From: the human T2T-CHM13v2.0 reference genome, Homo sapiens | Direction: 5' to 3' (one strand) | DNA: 64,000 bases | Assembly (NCBI RefSeq): GCF_009914755.1 | Contig: NC_060935.1 | Shown: positions 15,121-32,250 of the stretch, in pieces | How the letters are laid out: each line of letters starts with the position of its first letter | How positions within the stretch are numbered: the first letter of the stretch is position 1 | Notes under the pieces: model-generated | The model's database searches: none | Seen by the model: the letters and a program-made list of their open reading frames with translations, nothing else | What the model was told of the DNA's origin: nothing | Position numbers and translations under genes: made by a program

Positions 15121-15287
15121 CTCAGTTGCTCCAGTTAAGCAATGCGGAGACGAAGGCATGCTGTTCGGTGGTCTTGAACAGGGGAGAAATGAATCTTGCT
15201 TTTCTAGTTTCCAGCCTTCATAAGTCTCCAACTTCCTCCCTAGCTGACCATAGTCTGCTCGGCCCCAGGTAAACATCTTGCCAGTTT
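15121..15287 (-). CDS. SERGEF: SERGEF coding exon 9 (167 nt, phase 1->0): ETGKMFTWGRADYGQLGRKLETYEGWKLEKQDSFLPCSRPPNSMPSSPHCLTGATE
   Basis: Lies within ORF 15094..15297. Acceptor atttgtttttag|AA, donor ACTGAG|gtagga. WGxxxYGQLG motif. Confidence 0.96.
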
Positions 15288-18200
15288 CTAAAAACAAATA
15301 TTATTTGAATTAAGACTACATTCCACAGCTGTGCTCTCATGGGTAGGCAATGAATTACAAGAGAAAGTGTGACATTTATTTTAGTACCACCTACCAGGAG
15401 CCTTCCTATCTTCCTGTAAAGAAGGCACATGCACTCATATTTTTACAGATGTGGAAACTAAGGTTCAGAGAGGTTAAATGACTTGCCCAAGATCAAATAA
15501 GCTGTGAGTACCAGAGCTGGATTCAAGCAGAGATTCATTCTAAAGTTTCTGCTCTTGCATGTTATATAGATATGAATATGACTACGGATATACTTCAACC
15601 ATGCTTTATGGCCTTCCATTCCCTCCCTTCCCCACACACTCCTTGTGCTTTGCCCAGATGCCTGTTCTCAGGCTCTCCTCTCCCCCACCCAACCCAGGGC
15701 CCCATTTAGCCACCTTGAAGTTCTCCACTCCACAATCTCTTAGGGCCTAGCTCAATGAATGGCCAGCTTCATTTGCTCTCCCCTCCTTGTAACATAAAGG
15801 GACCTTTCAGAATCTATGCTCTTACCCAAAGGAGCAATTCTAACAATCCTAAGGCAAGTGTTTATGTGTGCTAGAGGGAAGGGAGTGAGAGAAGAAAAAA
15901 AAAATGGCAAAACCATTTGGAGCCAGAAAAGCATTTAGTCCCCCAGATGCACCACATGGGAAGCTGGCCAGTGCTAAAAATGACAAAAGAAAATGAGATT
16001 TGCAAAAGGAGAAATGGACTTTCTTCTCCTAGATAAGAGAAAATTCACCAAATTCATTCAGTTGTACCAAGTGCCACATTTGTTATTTCAACAGAAATGC
16101 AAAATCTGATGAGCCATAGATTATTAACAGATTCTCTGCAATAAATATGCATAACCATGTGCGTTGTATAAATTCTTTATACATGTTTATTTTAACAAAG
16201 AAAAACTTTGCTTTAGAGACAAAACACAGAGCAGTGCATATTAAATTCTAGACAAATCTACTACTGCATACTTTGTGTTTGGTATCAAAGCTTCATCTGG
16301 CCCCACATTCAACATATGGTTTATAGTGTCAGCTAAAAAAATAACCATAGATTCATGGGGAAATGTCAGAATATTGCAGTGATACAAGGCTCTGCAGGGA
16401 AACAGTTCTCAGCATCAGCCTGCTAGCAGACACTAAGGTAGATACCAAGCAGTTTACAGGAATCTGACTTTTGGGCTTCCTCAAAGAGGGAACAAAGTCT
16501 GCGTAGCTCACAGGGTATTTGGGGTACCTCGTATATTATGAGAGCTGGGAGTAGGTCCATTCAAATGTACTCCTTCATGGCTCTTTGTGTGCTGTTCCTT
16601 TTGCTAAGAATGACCTCTCCTTAGCTGGTAAACTATGGCTCCACCGTTGGAGTCCAGCACATGTACCACTAGTTCTATGAAACCTTTCTTGACTCCCCAG
16701 CTCTCCCCAGAAAGGGTGAAAGTCACCCTCCTGTGAGCCACCTTTATCATTGTACTCATCCACTACTATGCCGCCATTTGGCAGGTGAAAAAAATTAAGG
16801 TTCAGAGAAGTGACTAGCCCAGGGTCACACAGCTAAGCCACATCCCTTTCTACTAGCCCATGGTATTACTCTGCATTGGTTATTAAGCACTAGTCACTGC
16901 ATAATCACTCAACACTCTTCCTTCACTTCTGCAAGATTAGCCTCTTAAAAACCCATGTGCCCAGGACCCATAGGGCATCCAAAACTGGCAAATTGTCCCT
17001 CTACCTGAGCTGGCTAGGATTTCTAACCAGATTGCTCAGCAGGAGATTCCCAAGAAACCAGGGGATGAGACTGTTGCTGCTTAAATGACCGTTCCTCTGC
17101 TGGGAAAAACTAGGAAGTTGTTATCTCTAAGACTACAGAAATAATTTTACCAGAAATCACGCATTGAATCCTTTCTTTCACATGAAGTAAAACATCTTAG
17201 AGCTTTCCTGTTATTGATTATTGAAGTCAAAGACAGGCAAGACTGGCAGAATATGGTGCCACCATTATTATATCCCCAATAGCAATTCAGCCATTCCACT
17301 TACAGAGCACTTTTCACCTTCAAAGCACTTTACAAAGATTAACTAATTAATCCTCATACTCTCTGCGGAGGCCATAGACATTCTGGTTAAGACAAGTCCA
17401 GAAACCAGGCTGACTTAACGTTCAGTCTTTAGTCTCAAGCCTAAATTTAACACACTCTGAACTTGTCTATTTCTCCTCAAAATAAACTCTGCATCAGAAG
17501 GCTCACCCAGGACAGAAGAGACCCTTTTATTTTTCCTTTTCTTTTAAACAGACATTTACTGACCTCTTCCCAGGTACCCAGTACATTCATTGACGCTGGC
17601 TCAATCCTCACAATAATGCTATGGCATATAGAGTATTAAGCTTATTTTACAGATGAGGTTAAATGATGAGAGTTAAATGATTTGGTTGAGTTCAATCAAC
17701 AACCAAATAGTCGAATCAAGATTTAAACCTGTGTCTTCTGACTCCAGGGCCAGTGGTATCTCCAATGATTGCACAGCTGCTGTCCCAAACTGACAAAACT
17801 TGGCTGATGAAATAGCCATTTTTACAATGTTTGAGGAAGACGAAAACCCAGATTAAATGGATATGCTCTGTGTACCATCCAGCTTTCCTCACTAGAATAA
17901 TCTTCTTCCCAGGAGCCCATGTAGAACTCAGGACTGTAAGTGCTGAAATAAAGGCATAAACACATGGATGATGATTTTATGTCATCTGGAGTAAAAAAAA
18001 AACAATGAATCCACATATAAAAAATGCTCATTAATACACTGTAGATGAATGTCTGCATCAAGCTGATGCGTGCTGTCAAATCCAGGGAGATTCAAATCAC
18101 AAATTTAACAAACGTATCTTCTCCTTAAAGGATTATATATTACTATGATTAAAAAAAATAGATACACTAATGTCATCCAAAAAGTATAGGTATGTGTCTC

Positions 18201-18453
18201 CAGGTAAATGATAAATGACAGAGATGACAAAATAGCTCAAAACGAAGTCAGCAAGTGCAACACAATTTATAAGGCATGTCCATGTAAGAATTAGCACAGA
18301 GAAATAACTACAGAGCCAAGAAGTATAGACTGCAAAAGATATCAACGTACCACAGAAAACGACAGAGGCCAAATGAGAAGTATGGAGAAAGAACACCTAA
18401 GGGGTCTGGAACTAGAATTGTCCTGGCAGGCTTGAGGGAACAAGAGGCATTTA

Positions 18454-18858
<405 letters not shown>

Positions 18859-19012
18859 TCAAAAGGCAGGAGAGTGAATAAGGGTCACAAGAGAAGGAGA
18901 CTAGAAAGGGAGTCAAGATTGCCAGGCTGGGGCCAGCCACAGAGAAGTGCCATGGCTGGATCTGGATCTCACCCTCCAGACCAGGGATCCCTAAACTTGG
19001 TTGCTTACTATT

Positions 19013-19047
<35 letters not shown>

Positions 19048-19051
<4 letters not shown>

Positions 19052-19338
19052 TTTTTTGACACAGAGTCTTACTGCATTATCCAGGCTGGAGTGCAGTGGC
19101 ATGATCTTGGCTCACTGTAACCTCCACCTCCTGGATTCAAGCAATTCTCCCGCCTCAGCCTCCTGAGTAGCTGGGAGTACAGTCATGCACCACCATCCGG
19201 CCAATTTTTGTATTTTTAGTAGAGACAGGGTTTTGCCATGTTGGCCAGGCTGGACTTGAACTCCTGACCTCAAGTGATCTGCCTGCCTCAGCCTCCCAAA
19301 GTGCTGGGATTACAGGTGTGAGCCAACACGCCTGACGT
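19048..19338 (-). mobile_element. AluS, full length, inverted relative to the Alu at 18551
   Basis: Poly-T, gacacagagtctt...gagccaacacgcctgac. TSD ctattagtaaaa at 19008 and 19339. Confidence 0.96.
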
Positions 19339-20705
19339 CTATTAGTAAAATATTTTTTAACACATCACCGATATATGTACATTAATTTATTTATTAAAGT
19401 ATGTACATTAAATTACATTTATTAAAGTAAGTACATTCTCTGTACAGTATCCTGCTTATTCTTGCAACAACCCTGTGAGTTAGGCACTTTTACCATCCCC
19501 ATGTTACTGACAGGGAACAAGGTACTTACCCAAAGTCACAGAGGTAGCAAGTGAAAAGAGAAGAAAAGAAAGAAACAACAACAATAACACAAGCCTAGGA
19601 TGCATCAAGGCCTAAACTAGAATAGAAGTCATAGGAAAACAAAGAAGAAAGAATTTACAGGGCTTGGCACCCCATTAGATGTGATTTTAAAAGGAAAGGA
19701 GAGGAAATAAACACCATTCTGAGATTTCAGGATTTCAAGGTGAGTAGGAAGATGATGAAGGTGTAGAGATGCTACATCAAGGGTCCCGCTAATGGGAATC
19801 ATAAAATGTTATTTCATTACCAAATTATTTAACTCTCCTGGGGCGTTTGGCAAACATGTTATCAAATAGTCAAATATAAATGAAAGGGGAGAGAGTAAGG
19901 AGAAAGACTACTAGATGCAAACCACAGAGAGCAGGGGATACTCTGTGGGTAGGGTGGGTGGATGATGAATATTCAAGAGGCCAACTTCCTTTACCATCCA
20001 TCAAGGGCTGCAGGTGCTGCAGCCATAGCTATAGGTACAATGAGAAGTAGCTCCAGGGATGTCTGAGCTCTTCAGGGAAGAGAAATTTCTACCCTGTTCT
20101 AGGGAAGGGAGTCCTATAGGTGATAGAAAGATAGATTAGAGGATCATCCATATTTTCTTGACAGTATCTGTCCAAAAAGGGAATATAATGTCACTGAAGA
20201 TAGCAAAATGGAGTCAGCAAACTGAGGTGGATGTTATAAAAAGAAAATCCATGGGTAAGACAGAGAAAAGGTCACATGACCTCTTCAGTCCCTCTCAACT
20301 CTAATATTCCAGGATGTTACAAGGTCTTCTAGAATATACTCATGAAAAGGAGGAAGCTCTCTACCTATAGGTTTGTTATATTTATGATTCACCTGTTTAC
20401 AAATACAAGCACCAGTTACTCTCTGGGTTATTCATTCTGTGTCCTTAGAAGGTTAAGAACCTGACTTCTGTAACTCATCCTTCATTCTGCCATGTGGACA
20501 GAGACTTTATAAAAAGGACATTTGATGATAATACCCAGGGACTAGTCAAACACAGAACTAACTGACCAAGAATCACCTAGCATCATCTTCCTGTACAAGG
20601 AGCAGGAAACAGGCAAGGAGAGAGCTCAGAGCACAGGTGCTGGAAGCAGTCACACCACACTCCTTTCTGTATAGCATGTGCCATGCTGCTCCTCCACAAG
20701 GCCTC

Positions 20706-21066
20706 TGATATGGTTTGGCTGTGTCCCCACCCAAATCTCATCTTGAACTGTAATCCCCATAATCCCCACATGTTGTGGGAGGGACCTGGTGGGAGGTAAT
20801 TGAATCATGGGGTCAGTTTCCCCCATGCTGTTCTCATGATAGTGAGTTCTCATGAGATCTGATAGTTTTGTAAGTGTCTGGCATTTCCCCTGCTGGCTCT
20901 CATTCTCTCTGCTGCCGCCCTATGAAGGGGTGCCTTCTGTCATGATTGTAAGTTTCCTGAGGCCTCCCCAGCCATGCAGGAACTGTGAGTCAATTAAACC
21001 TCTTTTCTTTATAAATTACCCAGTTTCAGGCATTTCTTCACAGCAGCGTGAGAACAGACTAATACA
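20706..21066 (+). mobile_element. THE1 (C/D-like) MaLR solo LTR
   Basis: tgatatggtttggctgtgtccccacccaaatctcatcttgaa...gactaataca. TG...CA ends. Perfect 5-bp TSD gcctc (20701-20705, 21067-21071). ATTAAA poly(A) signal. Confidence 0.95.
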
Positions 21067-21119
21067 GCCTCCATACTGGTTCCCTTTGTCCCCAGCTATC
21101 TCTACTACCCTGACCCCAT

Positions 21120-21415
21120 TCACCTAGTCAACTCCTACTCATCTTCAACTCTGCCCACTACTCAACTCAGATCAGGTTCCTCTGTGCAACAATCTCAGAG
21201 GACCATGTTCCTCATCCTGGGAGCATTTACCTCAGTTTATAAATGCACACTCATTAGGACTGTTTAATTAATGTGTGTCTCCTCTTCCAGAGAGCCAGCT
21301 CCATGACACTGGGGACTGGCTATTTCACTCATTCTTGTGTCCTAGAATAATGCCCAACACAAAGTAGGCACTCAATAAATATCTGCTGCCTGAATGAACA
21401 ATAGAATAAATGAAT
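21120..21415 (+). mobile_element. L2 3' end
   Basis: Ends agtaggcactcaataaatatctgctgcctgaatgaa. Confidence 0.7.
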
Positions 21416-24084
21416 CCAACCACCTCCCTACCTATCAACCTACCTACCTCTCACTCACCACTACTGAAAACTACCATTCACTAGCTCCATAATCTTGAGC
21501 AAACTACTCAACAGCTCTAAGTCTTATCTGCAGAATGAAAACAAAAGCATCTCCCTTGCAGCATTGCTGCAAGGATACTTTTCCATAAAGCCTATGGCAC
21601 ATACTAACTAGTGAATGGCCATTACTACTACTATTCTCCCAAACTGAACAACACAGCCTTATTAAGGATTTCCATGGTTCCACACAGCATTTCTACCACT
21701 TTGTTAAATCTTCTCAGCCAATTCCCACCTACCAAAGTGTTAGGGTCAATGCCTCTAATGATAATCAAAAAAGAGAAAGAACATTGAAAGCTCTATCATG
21801 GAATTTTGATTTTTTTTTTAAGATTCAAGCATAGTGGCTTGCACATCAGAAGCCTCTAATGTACGAGACAAAACAAATTAATTAAAGGTAGGAAAAAGAA
21901 ATGAGTAAAAGGAACAACGGAGAAGAAAGATGAAGCAAGATTCAGTTGGAAAAGAGAAGAGAGGAAGCTTCAACTCAAGACTCGTAAGACTTGAATTAAG
22001 ATTCAGGCCTAATCCTGGCTTCTCTTCTAGGCTGCATGGCCTTGAACAGGTCCCTTCTGCTTTAGGCACCCAGTTTTCCCATCTATAAAATGAGAGAACC
22101 GCAACAGATGACCTCTTGGATACCTCCCTGATCTACATTTTAATTATGATGCCTAAAAATCTTCAGTATTAAAATGACTGGTATACAATTTAATTTTATT
22201 GTCACCTTTGGAATATTTAGTCTGACCACTGTCCAAAAATAAAGCATGCACTCTAATATCAAAGACTACTCATATAGTTCCTAGCGTAAATAAACATTAA
22301 AACTTGACTGTATAGTTTGTTATTTTTTAGTAAAATGTCACAAGTTTCCAAAGTCGTATCATAAACAATATCACATAATAAAAGGTTTGGAATTTTTTTA
22401 AGTTAATACAGAAATAAGATTTCCAAATACAGGCTGCCTAACTAAAAAGGGGAGAAAAAAGCCCGCAAAGAGAATGAACAAAAGTTGAAAGGTTGGGGAG
22501 AATTTATTTATTGAGAGCTGACTCTGTATAAAACTGCTTTAGGCACTATCATTAAGTTACATAATTAAATCAACCCTGAATGATTATTGTGAATCCCATT
22601 TTACAGATTAAGAAACAGACCACAGAGGTTAAATGACTTGTCCAAGATCACATAGCTAGTAAGTGGCACAGCTGCAATAATAACAATAATAATTGCTAAT
22701 ATTTTGAGGGCTATTTCATGCTAAACTCTTCATATGGATTATCCCTTTTAATCCACAGAAATACCCTGAGTAGGCATTATAATCCTCAAATTATAGATGA
22801 AAATATTAACGCATAGAGAGAGGTTATGTCTCTGGCTCAGAGCCAGCAGCTTTCAATGGCAAAGCTAGGATGGGACCCAGGGGCCTGGCAACCAGAGTCA
22901 GTGCCCTCAGTCATTGTCCTGCAGGGGATGCACAGGTCTGTCTGACCTCAGCTCCACTTTTCACGTGGTCACACTGGCTCTTCAAAAGTGAACATTCGCA
23001 AGGACTTCCTGAGGTTGTTCAGAGTCACAGGGACACACACGTGGGCTGGAGGCACAGAGAGAGCCCAGCTGATGAGTGAGTGAGCTTCATCCATCCTTGA
23101 CCTATATGGCAAAGGTCAGATTCCCAAAACATAGAAGTATTCCACACAGCTGCTCCATTTTCACCACTGACTTTATTAGCTACCAAATCGGGGGCAGCAG
23201 TGATAGAAGTGAAGACAGACTGCACCCTGAGGAACACCAAGACTGAGTGCAGAACTATCTACAACATGTGGTTAGGGTTTTCCAGAGAAAAGCAAGAAGG
23301 AGTCAGGCTGGTTTCTTCCTCCAGGCTAGGGAAGAGCATGGCAGGAAGCCCCAGTCCTAGTTTGTTCAGTAGCTCCCTTGCCTCTCTCAAAGCACCTACA
23401 TTCTCTCAATGTTGGATGACTGCTCCTTTGTCAAAAGCATATTCATATTCCTCCTTCCTGGGCCTTAGGGCCATGCTCTGCCCCCAGCTCACAATGCTGG
23501 TCAGCCTGCAACACCTGTCAGCCTGCAATGCTGGTCAGCCTGTCTGTCCCACTTATGGAATCCTACTCCCCCTTCAGGGCCTAGCTTAAATGCTGCTGCC
23601 TCCCTAAAGCACCCTATTATCCCCTGGTCAGAATAAGCCACCTCTTCCTTTAGGAGCCACTGGCATGGTGCTTGTACCTCTGTTTCAACAACTTTCTATC
23701 CCTCCAAACATAGGGTTATTTGACTGCATATCTTAGTTTGCCCACTGAAGGGTGAAGAACAATGATCTTTTCTTATTCTCTCAGTATTCCCCACAGCACC
23801 TAACACAGAGCCTGACCCAGAGGTGGTGTTCAGTGTTTGTTGAACAGTAGGAATTGTAGGTATTGCTGTTACCACCAAGGATATCAGAGACCATCTAAAC
23901 CTACTCTCCAAAGAGAAAACAAAACTAAGGAAAACAAATAATTTTCCAAGTCACACAGCCTATATAGATAGAAACAGATCCAGGCATTCACAATATTGAG
24001 CAAATAGTTATTGAGCACTTTCTATACACCAGGTGCTGTCCTAGGTGCTAGGGGCTACTGCACTGAACAGAACACATAAAACTT

Positions 24085-24375
24085 AATCCTAGCACTTTTG
24101 TAGGCCAAAGTGGGAGGATCACTTGAGCCTTGAGTTTGATCGCTTGAGTTTGAGACCAACCTGGGCAACACAGCAAGATCCTGTCTCTACAAACAATTTA
24201 AAAAAAACTAGTTGAACAGGTAGTGCACACCTGTAGTCCTAGCTATTCCAGAGGCTGAGGTGGAAAGATTGCTTAAGCCTAGGAATTCAAGGTTGCAGGG
24301 AGCTATGACCATGCTACTGCACTCCAGCCTGAGTGACAGAACAAGAACCTGTCTCTAATTTAAAAAAAAAAAAAA
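24085..24375 (+). mobile_element. AluJ-like, 5'-truncated, inserted in a minus-strand L2 (about 23985-24530)
   Basis: gggaggatcacttgagcc...gcactccagcctgagtgacaga. Small internal duplication of cttgagtttga. Confidence 0.9.
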
Positions 24376-25731
24376 GACAAAACTCCCTCCCATCATGGAG
24401 CTTAAATCTAATGAGGGGAAAGACAGACAACAACAACAACAAAACATTACCTATGGCAAATGACGTTAATTGCTACAGAGAAATAAAAAGTAGGGAAAGG
24501 AGACAGGCAGTGCTGGGGAGGGAGATGGAGGCCCAGGACCAGTGTCCAGCTCCCATCTTCCTTTGTGAGCTTCTCCTCTACAGCACATCACCTTTCCTAA
24601 TGGAAGAACCTTAAACTTACAAGTCCCAGCCAACTCAAGCAGAGGCAATGAAACTTGCTCAAGCAACCTCTCAAGCCTATGATGAAAAGGCAGGCAATAA
24701 ACATAAATGCACTTTGTAAACTCTTAAATGCTAGTGTTAATAACATTATGACTATCACTCTCTAAAGCCAGTTTACAAAGAACCAACATGAGAGGCTGGA
24801 CCACGAGTCCCTGCTCTGAGATGTGCCGGCTGAGGTCTTGGTTTTCCTGTTCCTCCAGGGTCCAGCAGCACATCACACTGCTAGTTACACCTAGAAGCTG
24901 CTTGGCAACCTGAGAAAAATCCCTGATTGAGGCCAGTGACTCTACAGATGTTTCCCAACTCATTTCACATTCAAACTCTAAAGCTTCTTCACACAGTTTT
25001 AGATTCTTATTAATAACATTTTAAAATGCAGATTGCTGCCTAATCTTAGCTGCATAATTAAAAAATAATCTTGCTTTTCTCCCTCCCGGCAAGAAAGGAA
25101 ACTATACCCCAGGGCTTCTGCAGCTAAGAATCACACCCTACAGAAAAGCTAGTAGTAGGCTGGGGGGTGAGGAGTGTGGGTGGAGGGGTGAGGGAGGGTA
25201 GCTGAAGCCAAGCAGCAAGTCTAATCCCTTGATTTTAAAGAAAATGAAAATAAGGCTAAAAGAGGGGAATGATCTGCCCAAGGACACAGTATGTTTTGGT
25301 AGAACCAGAACTAGGATCCTAATTTCCTGCTTCCCAGTAGACTCTGTCTGCTGCCTGGTGGGGACAGGAAAGAAGGACAACAAGCTGTAAGTCCTTGGAG
25401 GGTGAGTACCATATCTATGTGATTCTCCTTACACAGTGAGCACAACACTGTTCATCTGGAGAAAGAGCTACAGGTTTTGGATTCTCAAGAGGATTATGGG
25501 AATAAGGTTCAAAGTTCTTTACATTCAATTCAGCCTCATACACTATCTGAGCCAGAAGAAACCTTAGAGAACTTCTTACCCAATCATTTGCTTCTAGCTG
25601 GGTAAAACAAGGCCCAAAACAAAAGCAACTTAACTACTCAAGGTCAAATAGTGAGTTAGAAGTAAGACTAGACTAGAACCCAGGTCGCCCTGACTTCTAG
25701 TACATCTTGTCCACAGCTTCTTAGAAAAGTA

Positions 25732-28356
<2,625 letters not shown>

Positions 28357-31300
28357 TACAAGTCAACTTTTCCAAGCTTCCATTGAGACCTGCCTCACCT
28401 AATTATCATGGGCTTCCTGAGCTCCTTGGCAGGGAAGAGCAGACAGGTGATGTCCCCACGATTCCTCACTGCCTCCATCCCAGGGATGGCTTTTGGGAGG
28501 CCCAAGGGCTGGGTAATGAAAGAAACATCCCTTTCTCCATCTCCTCCAGATCCTCCTCTCCCTATCTGGAACTGCCATCCCTAATTCTGTACATCACCTT
28601 CAGTTTTTGTCCGTTGCAAAATCATCAGCAGTTTCCATCTCTGTGAAGTTACAAAAAAAAAAAGGAAAGAAAAAAGGCCAAGCACTGCACCCAGCTGTTG
28701 ATGAGGCCGTGTTTTCCACTGATGACGATGACTCACAGTACCCAAGCTGAAGGCTAAAGCTGGGAATGCGACTTGGGAGTGTCAGCACAGCCAAAGGAAA
28801 GCCGCAGTTCCCAAGCACGCCTAAACCTGCAGAGGAGCTGCTTGAGTTCCCTTGGTAAAAATCCCAGCACTTGGCCATGGGAACACAGCTCCCCCTGCAG
28901 ACCACCCTAAGGTCCCACAGGAGCAGGATCAGGGACAGACAGAACATACACTGGAGCCAGTGAATTCTGCAAAGCCCATCCACTGCCATGTATCCACTGC
29001 CACTGTTATGTTAGAAAGCCAGGACCCCACCTCTGAAACCCCAAGACATCCCACAACCCCCTAGAAATACTATTTGCATCCTTGGTTTCCAAAGAGAAAC
29101 TGGCTTTGGGGAAATGGGAAGCTCAGATTAAGATCTCCAATAGAGGAGACAAAGGTTGGCCCCAATCTTTGGGTAAGCAATTCACCCAGAGGCAGCAGTA
29201 GGGAAGGGAAGGAGCCTATCCTAGGATGCCAATTTGTGGTCAACCAGTGAGAACATCTTGGTACATGACTTTAGACAGTGCCTCTCAAATTTAGTCTAAC
29301 CCCATCCCTGGGAAACTGTCCCAGGTTCTTCAAGAGAGATTAGTATAAAAGACCTACAGGGGTCCTAATAGAGCTATACTCAAAGATGGGAAAACATTCT
29401 CCCACCCCATATTTGAGAACTCTACAAGGGTGAAACTGAGCGGTGGACATGGTCAGGAAGATGCCAATGGAGATAATGACCACTCCACTGTCAGTGGTTT
29501 GGGGACTTGGCACTTGCATTGAGCAGTGGCAATAATGAGCATCACCGAAGGAGGCCACTGAGGAGAACATACAATGTTCAAGGACCCACCAGGAAAGGGA
29601 AGATAATCAGGAGACTTAGAGTCCCAGTAATTCCAAAGTAGGGGGTTGGGAGAGGTTTGGGGTTAAAGTCCACTGTCAAGGCTAGTAGATGGTGTGACAA
29701 ATGCTTGTCACATTCAAATGGCTTGTCTAGAGGTCCATGGCCTCATGGTATGGAAAAGGAGGGGTTGCCAGGGCAGACCCAGGATGGGACGGCCACCTTT
29801 CCCTTCCACATCTACTAATCTCCCTCCTGCTCTGCTCCCTGCTCCCATCTGTCCCTCAGGCCCCAGAATACAAACACCCTCTACTAGCAGCTCAACTGCC
29901 AAGAACCTCCAAGTCACCAATGTGACCTTTTGTAAAAACTTGACACAGTTTAAGATTATCTTTCAGGGTGCTCACACTTAGTCCCACCAGAGACAGTTAC
30001 CACCCAAGCTACAGTACTTTCCTTGGAGAGGAGGACTTTTCCATGGCCAGGGCCTGGGAGAGGCATCTGCTACTGAGGATTTTTCATTTCACAGGCTCAG
30101 CTCCAACCAAATCAGCAAAGCACTGTTACTATGGACCATCTGCCAGGACCTGGAAACAGCCCTGTTACATAAAGGGGCTGGTATAATGAAATTTATTAAA
30201 CTGGATTCTTCCTCCACAAAGAAGCCAAAGTCTCTCATAAAAGGGCTCATGTGGGGCAGTGGAGGGGTCCTAGACAAGGGACCCATTGGGTTCTAATCCT
30301 GGCTGGCTCTGCTACGTGTTAGCTGTGGGACCATGGGGACAAATCATCTCTCACTGGGCTTCTGTTTCCTCAAATTTCAAATAAGGATAAAATGGTCCCT
30401 TCTAGGATTAAAATTCCACAATTTACTATTGTTTTCACCAAAATGGCAAACAGAAAAGAAAGTTTACCCTGATATTAATTGGTGCTGTAACGTTTTAAAG
30501 TTTTAGCATTCTAAAAAAGGACATTGCTCTTATTTGTGGGCTTAATGGAGAGAAGTGGTGAATAGAGCCACTGACTCTGGGGCTGGCTGGGGGAGAAAGT
30601 GCGCAGAAGAGAAACTAATGGCTAGAAGCTTCTATCAGCTCAGGAATGAGTGGCCCAAACAAAACTCAATGTAGGAATGTGGCTGGGAAGCAGTAGTACT
30701 ATTGATGGCTCCCTGCCTATGCACACAGTAACTTTCCAGTTTACAAAGTGCTTTCCATGATCTTATTTGAGCCTCACAACACCCCCAAACTTGACAAGGT
30801 GATCTTGACCTGCAATTCACATTGAGCGAAGCAAGGCTAAGTACCCAAGTAGAGTGAGCCCATGTCTCTTTATGTCTCTTCGGTTTCCTCATGTGTAAAA
30901 TGGGAGTGAGCCTCACTTGGCAAAATTTGTATATGGATTAAACAAATGTTTGTAAAGCCCTGGTAAAATGCCTGGCATACATGTGCCCTTGATAAATGTG
31001 AGTGACCCCTTCCTCACACACCTCCATCTCCTCAGAGAGGTATAAGGAGAAGCCCCAGAGCTGCTCATTTTTAGACCTTTAAGAAACGCTTCAAGATGAA
31101 AGGTAACATGATGGTTTCCTGAATGACCTTCCATATGGCTCACAATAGCTTCCCAGAAGAAAGGCCAATGAACCAGATAACTCCAGTCCCACCCATCTCC
31201 CCATCTCATAGATTCTCAAAATCACCTGAGCCCCTGAAAGGGGCTCCCCTAAGAATTCAGAGGACTTCTAATTCAGCCACAGCGATGAGTAGAAAGCAAG

Positions 31301-31935
31301 CATGAGGCCTCAACAGAGGAGACTGCAAGAGCACCCCGAGTCAGGGTCTCTCCTTTCAATGTTTATGTTTCTCACACACCTCCACTCCTCACAGAAACCT
31401 CCAGCTGCTCCTCCACTACTCACAGAGTAACGCCTCAACAAGGACCCCTTCTCATTGTACCCAAAAGTTCCCAATGTCTTATCATCTGGCCCAGGTCAAG
31501 CAAACTACACCACAGAGCACTTCCCACTTCTATAGATTTTTTCGCAGTATTCCTTCTGTTTGGAATGCCCTCCCCTCACTTCTGCCTATGCAACAAATAT
31601 TTGTTGAACAAATGAGTGAAGGAATAAAGGGAGGAATTGTGAGTGAGTAAAGGATATAAGACACCCCTGTGAAGCAGACAAATTAGGAATTAAGGCCCTC
31701 ATTTTACAGGTGAGGAAGTTCAGGCCCAATGACTTGCCCAAGATCACACAGCCAACAAATAGCCAAATCAGAACTTACACCTAGCTCTTCAGGGTTCTTT
31801 TGGCCACATTAAGCTTCCTCCTGAGGTAAAAAGTCACTCTCTGATTGGGCAAGAGTTGATTCCTCCAATATTCCTCAGAATGGGCTGCTTTCACCTTGGC
31901 TCACATTGAGAGCACTTTAAGGTACTGGTCTATGA

Positions 31936-32250
<315 letters not shown>

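Noticed and set aside
20963-20975. PRDM9 hotspot motif in the THE1 LTR
   Set aside because: It reads CCTCCCCAGCCAT, which differs from CCNCCNTNNCCNC at positions 7 and 13.
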